DNA of 64,000 nucleotides from an uncultured Nitrososphaeraceae archaeon (lineage in GTDB: Archaea; Thermoproteota; Nitrososphaeria; Nitrososphaerales; Nitrososphaeraceae), in assembly GCA_963729045.1 (NCBI GenBank), contig CAVSMN010000021.1, positions 64,001 to 128,000 of the forward strand, written 5' to 3'. The notes under the pieces were generated by a model that was not told the origin of the DNA, ran no database searches, and worked only from the letters and a program-made list of their open reading frames with translations. A program made the translations under genes and the position numbers. Below are positions 60,964-64,000 of the stretch, one piece after another (within the stretch, counting starts at the first letter, position 1; each line of letters opens with the position of its first letter).

Positions 60964-61924
60964 ATGGATAAAATTTCTAATTTTGACAAACAATATAGAA
61001 AACCTGCTTCTCTGATGATTGTTTTTGTAATATGGTCATCGATTTTTTCTATGATTGTTTCAATTAATACTGGAGATTTAGATATTAGTTTATTCCCAAC
61101 AGTTTTTGCTCAAAAGAATCAAACAGGAGTCGGAGATGTTCAAAAAGAGTCTTTGGTAAGAGATGAATCGTTGCAAAAACAGGACACAATAAACGATGAT
61201 AATAAACTTCAACCCGGTATAGTTACCAATCCTGGACCCCAGAACTGTGGAATAAATCCAAATGCACCGCCATGCTGTACACCTGGAGAGGATAAAGGAT
61301 GTATCGGCGAAGTACCCAGAACTGTGGAATAAATCCAAATGCACCGCCATGCTGTACACCTGGAGAGGATAAAGGATGTATCGGCGAAGTACCCCAGAAC
61401 TGTGGAATAAATCCAAATGCACCGCCATGCTGTACACCTGGAGAGGATAAAGGATGTATCGGCGAAGTACCCAGAACTGTGGAATAAATCCAAATGCACC
61501 GCCATGCTGTACACCTGGAGAGGATAAAGGATGTATCGGTAATGATGATAAGGTAAGTATTATGCAATTAGGAACAAATCCACAAAATCTAAAACCAGGA
61601 GACGAATTTAAAGTGCTGGCAACGGTAATAAATAACTTGAATGTCCCAATAAAATATACTGGAGCCCAATGTGGGGGTTCACCTTTAGATATTCAATTTG
61701 ATAACAATGTAAATATTAACTATGCCATAGCATGTCAGGCAATATCTACAGAAACACTAGATACTCATGAAACAACAACAGTACAAGGGAAAGGATATGA
61801 AGTATTAACAGCAGAAAACCCTGGTAAGGTGAATGCACAAGTCACATTCAATTATGGAGTAGAAGGCGACGACGCTAATCAGAAACAAGTAGCAGAATCG
61901 TTTTCATTCGATATAATAAATTAA
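60964..61924 (+). CDS. Secreted protein with four 26-aa Cys-rich repeats and a C-terminal Ig-like domain (C-run indels)
   Basis: Hydrophobic leader ending VFA; (PQNCGINPNAPPCCTPGEDKGCIGEV)x4; beta-rich C-terminus. Confidence 0.75.
61238..61539 (+). repeat. 77/78-nt tandem repeat x4
   Basis: Copies begin at ~61238, 61315, 61393 and 61470; identical except CCC vs CCCC at the junctions. Confidence 0.95.
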
Positions 61925-62160
61925 CAGATAACATCCATCGCAATTCACCTTTCCTCAAAATCTTTATCAAACAACTTTTTTTATCTGTCTATATGTTACC
62001 TTCTGTCATATAATTATTAAGTTCATAGGACACTTTTATGATTTCCACCGACTCAGCGCTATGTTCTATTAAATAGGCTGGTAAGTTTTTTTATCCTCGT
62101 TCATTAACAATTACACATAAGCTTAATAGTTAATCTCTCATCCTATTATCTGACAAAACC

Positions 62161-63855
62161 ATGAATAAGTCAACACAATCGATTACCTTATTTGTCCTTT
62201 TGTTTATCTTATTTTCATTTAGTTGTTCATCGTCTACTATTTTTCTGTCATACGGCGCTTATTTCAAAGCACCTGCATCACCCGATGGTCCGGTTCTAAA
62301 TGACCCTAACCTTGTGGTCGAAAAAGTCAACGACAAACCTTTAAACATTCCTACATCCTTAGCGTTCTTTGGACACAATGATATACTTGTAACTGAAAAA
62401 GAGACGGGTAAGGTAATTAGAGTATTGGATGGACAAGTTAAAGAGAATGTTCCTCTTCTAGACGTTGAAGTGGCTACTGCCATGGAGAGAGGATTGTTGG
62501 GATTGGCTCTTTCAAAAAGCATGAACGACACTAAAACGTATGTTTTTCTATATTACACAGAATCAGGTGGTGGTAAAGATGGTGATGATTTTAATGCCGG
62601 TGTAGAGCCTGTGGGTAACAGATTATACAAATATGAATATCATGACGGAAAATTGATAAATCCTACGCTTCTTTTGGACTTGCCTGCTACCCCTGTGAAC
62701 AATAAAGGGGAGCACAATGGGGGCAAGGTGATAATTGGCCCTGATAGCAACATTTACACGGTAATTGGAGATGTGGGTGCTCACAGAACACAATCTCAAA
62801 ATGTTGTTAATGGTCCTGCAGCTGATGGTACAAGCGGCATCATCAGGCTAACTCCTACTGGTGAATTTGCCGGAGACCCTATTTTTGGAACTGAGGGTCC
62901 ATTAAGGTACTATTATGCAATGGGTATCCGCAACAGCTTTGGTATGGACTTTGATCCTGTATCAGGTACCTTATGGGCAACAGAAAACGGACCAGCAGCG
63001 GGAGACGAAATAAATATGGTTGAACCTGGCTTTAACAGTGGATGGGCTCAAATCCAAGGATTTGCTGATAGCGATATTCTTAATCGCGGTAAATCTGCAG
63101 AAGATTTGTTGATTTTAGGAGATGCCAAATACAGTGACCCTGAATTTTCTTGGAACACTACTGTTGGAATAACCGATGCTAAATTTTTCTCATCTGACAA
63201 ACTAGGTAAACAGTATGAGAACAACCTATTTGTGGGGGATATTAACAACGGCTATATCTACCGATTCACTCTAAATTCAGAAAGAAATGCTATCGAAATA
63301 AACAGAAGCTCCTATGAGGGAAATTTGGATATCTTGGCTGATAAACAGGTAAATACTCCGAAAGAGGTTATTCCACTCATATTCGGAAGTGGTTTTGGAG
63401 GTATTACAGATTTAGAAGTGGGACCAGATGGATATCTATATGTTTTGACTTATTTCGGAGAAATCTATAGAATCATTCCAAAGTTAGACCTTATTGATTC
63501 CGATAATTCTTTACATGCAAATAAATCACAGTCACCACTGACCCAAACCGCACCTTCCGTTTCTAATTCAACCATAGTACAAATAATGGGTATTGAGGGT
63601 GACAGGTCCTACAATCCTAATCCTGTAGTGGTCCAAGAAGGTCAAACAATTCTATGGGTAAACGGTGATGCAATCTCTCACACAGTAACCTCAAATTCTC
63701 ATAAAAATGGATACGAAAATAACTCTGGAATATTGTTTGACTCTACCGCAATATTGCCGGGACACTTTTATAGTAAGGTGTTTGATCTATCTGGCACTTA
63801 TTCGTATTATTGTTTCTACCATCCTACCATGATTGGGCAAGTAATAGTAGAGTAA
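62161..63855 (+). CDS. PQQ-dependent glucose/sorbosone dehydrogenase-family protein fused to a C-terminal type-1 copper (cupredoxin) domain
   Basis: ERGLLG, HNGG, GIRNSFGMDFDP, ENGP..DEIN; C-terminal HTVT…YYCFYHPTM. Confidence 0.9.
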   Translation: MNKSTQSITLFVLLFILFSFSCSSSTIFLSYGAYFKAPASPDGPVLNDPNLVVEKVNDKPLNIPTSLAFFGHNDILVTEKETGKVIRVLDGQVKENVPLLDVEVATAMERGLLGLALSKSMNDTKTYVFLYYTESGGGKDGDDFNAGVEPVGNRLYKYEYHDGKLINPTLLLDLPATPVNNKGEHNGGKVIIGPDSNIYTVIGDVGAHRTQSQNVVNGPAADGTSGIIRLTPTGEFAGDPIFGTEGPLRYYYAMGIRNSFGMDFDPVSGTLWATENGPAAGDEINMVEPGFNSGWAQIQGFADSDILNRGKSAEDLLILGDAKYSDPEFSWNTTVGITDAKFFSSDKLGKQYENNLFVGDINNGYIYRFTLNSERNAIEINRSSYEGNLDILADKQVNTPKEVIPLIFGSGFGGITDLEVGPDGYLYVLTYFGEIYRIIPKLDLIDSDNSLHANKSQSPLTQTAPSVSNSTIVQIMGIEGDRSYNPNPVVVQEGQTILWVNGDAISHTVTSNSHKNGYENNSGILFDSTAILPGHFYSKVFDLSGTYSYYCFYHPTMIGQVIVE

Positions 63856-64000
63856 GTGACTATTTAGTTCTGATGAACTAATAAATAAATCAGAAAAAAT
63901 AGTTACCATTGTTATGTCGACTCGTTTTATGTCTTCTTTAATCTCTTGTTTTTTGGGAAAAGTTATCGAATTTCCAATCATATGTCTGGATTTCTGCCTT

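Noticed and set aside
61238..61539. CRISPR-like periodicity (77-78 nt)
   Set aside because: Whole units are identical with no unique spacers, the repeat is coding, and there are no cas genes

Overview
AT-rich archaeal DNA with low coding density. The gene content (class III PHA synthase, archaeal Hsp20, Lrp-TRASH copper regulator with a YHS-CopA, PQQ dehydrogenase-cupredoxin fusion, many small secreted proteins) points to a soil ammonia-oxidising archaeon (Nitrososphaeraceae, probably Ca. Nitrosocosmicus); this assignment is inference. Many genes are split by 1-2 nt indels, often in homopolymers, so most frameshifts are probably long-read assembly errors. The most notable signal is a dispersed family of secreted Gln/Asn/Gly/Ser-rich proteins built on one ~47-aa unit. 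One long gene (~681-2511) carries 10 tandem units plus an acidic tail, and four short genes (5055, 32506, 39209, 54338) carry a signal peptide and exactly one unit, with a co-varying Cys-x9-Cys pair. This is a candidate archaeal functional-amyloid or surface-fibre system with a long/short organisation reminiscent of chaplins and curli. Also present: a copper locus with three identical TTTACA-TT-TGTAAA operators matching the bacterial cop box, a possible PhaE-PhaC fusion, a sugar ABC transporter, a secreted CbiX-like protein, a Cys-rich tandem-repeat secreted protein and several small genes missed by the ORF track. No rRNA, intact tRNA, CRISPR array or intact transposase was seen.
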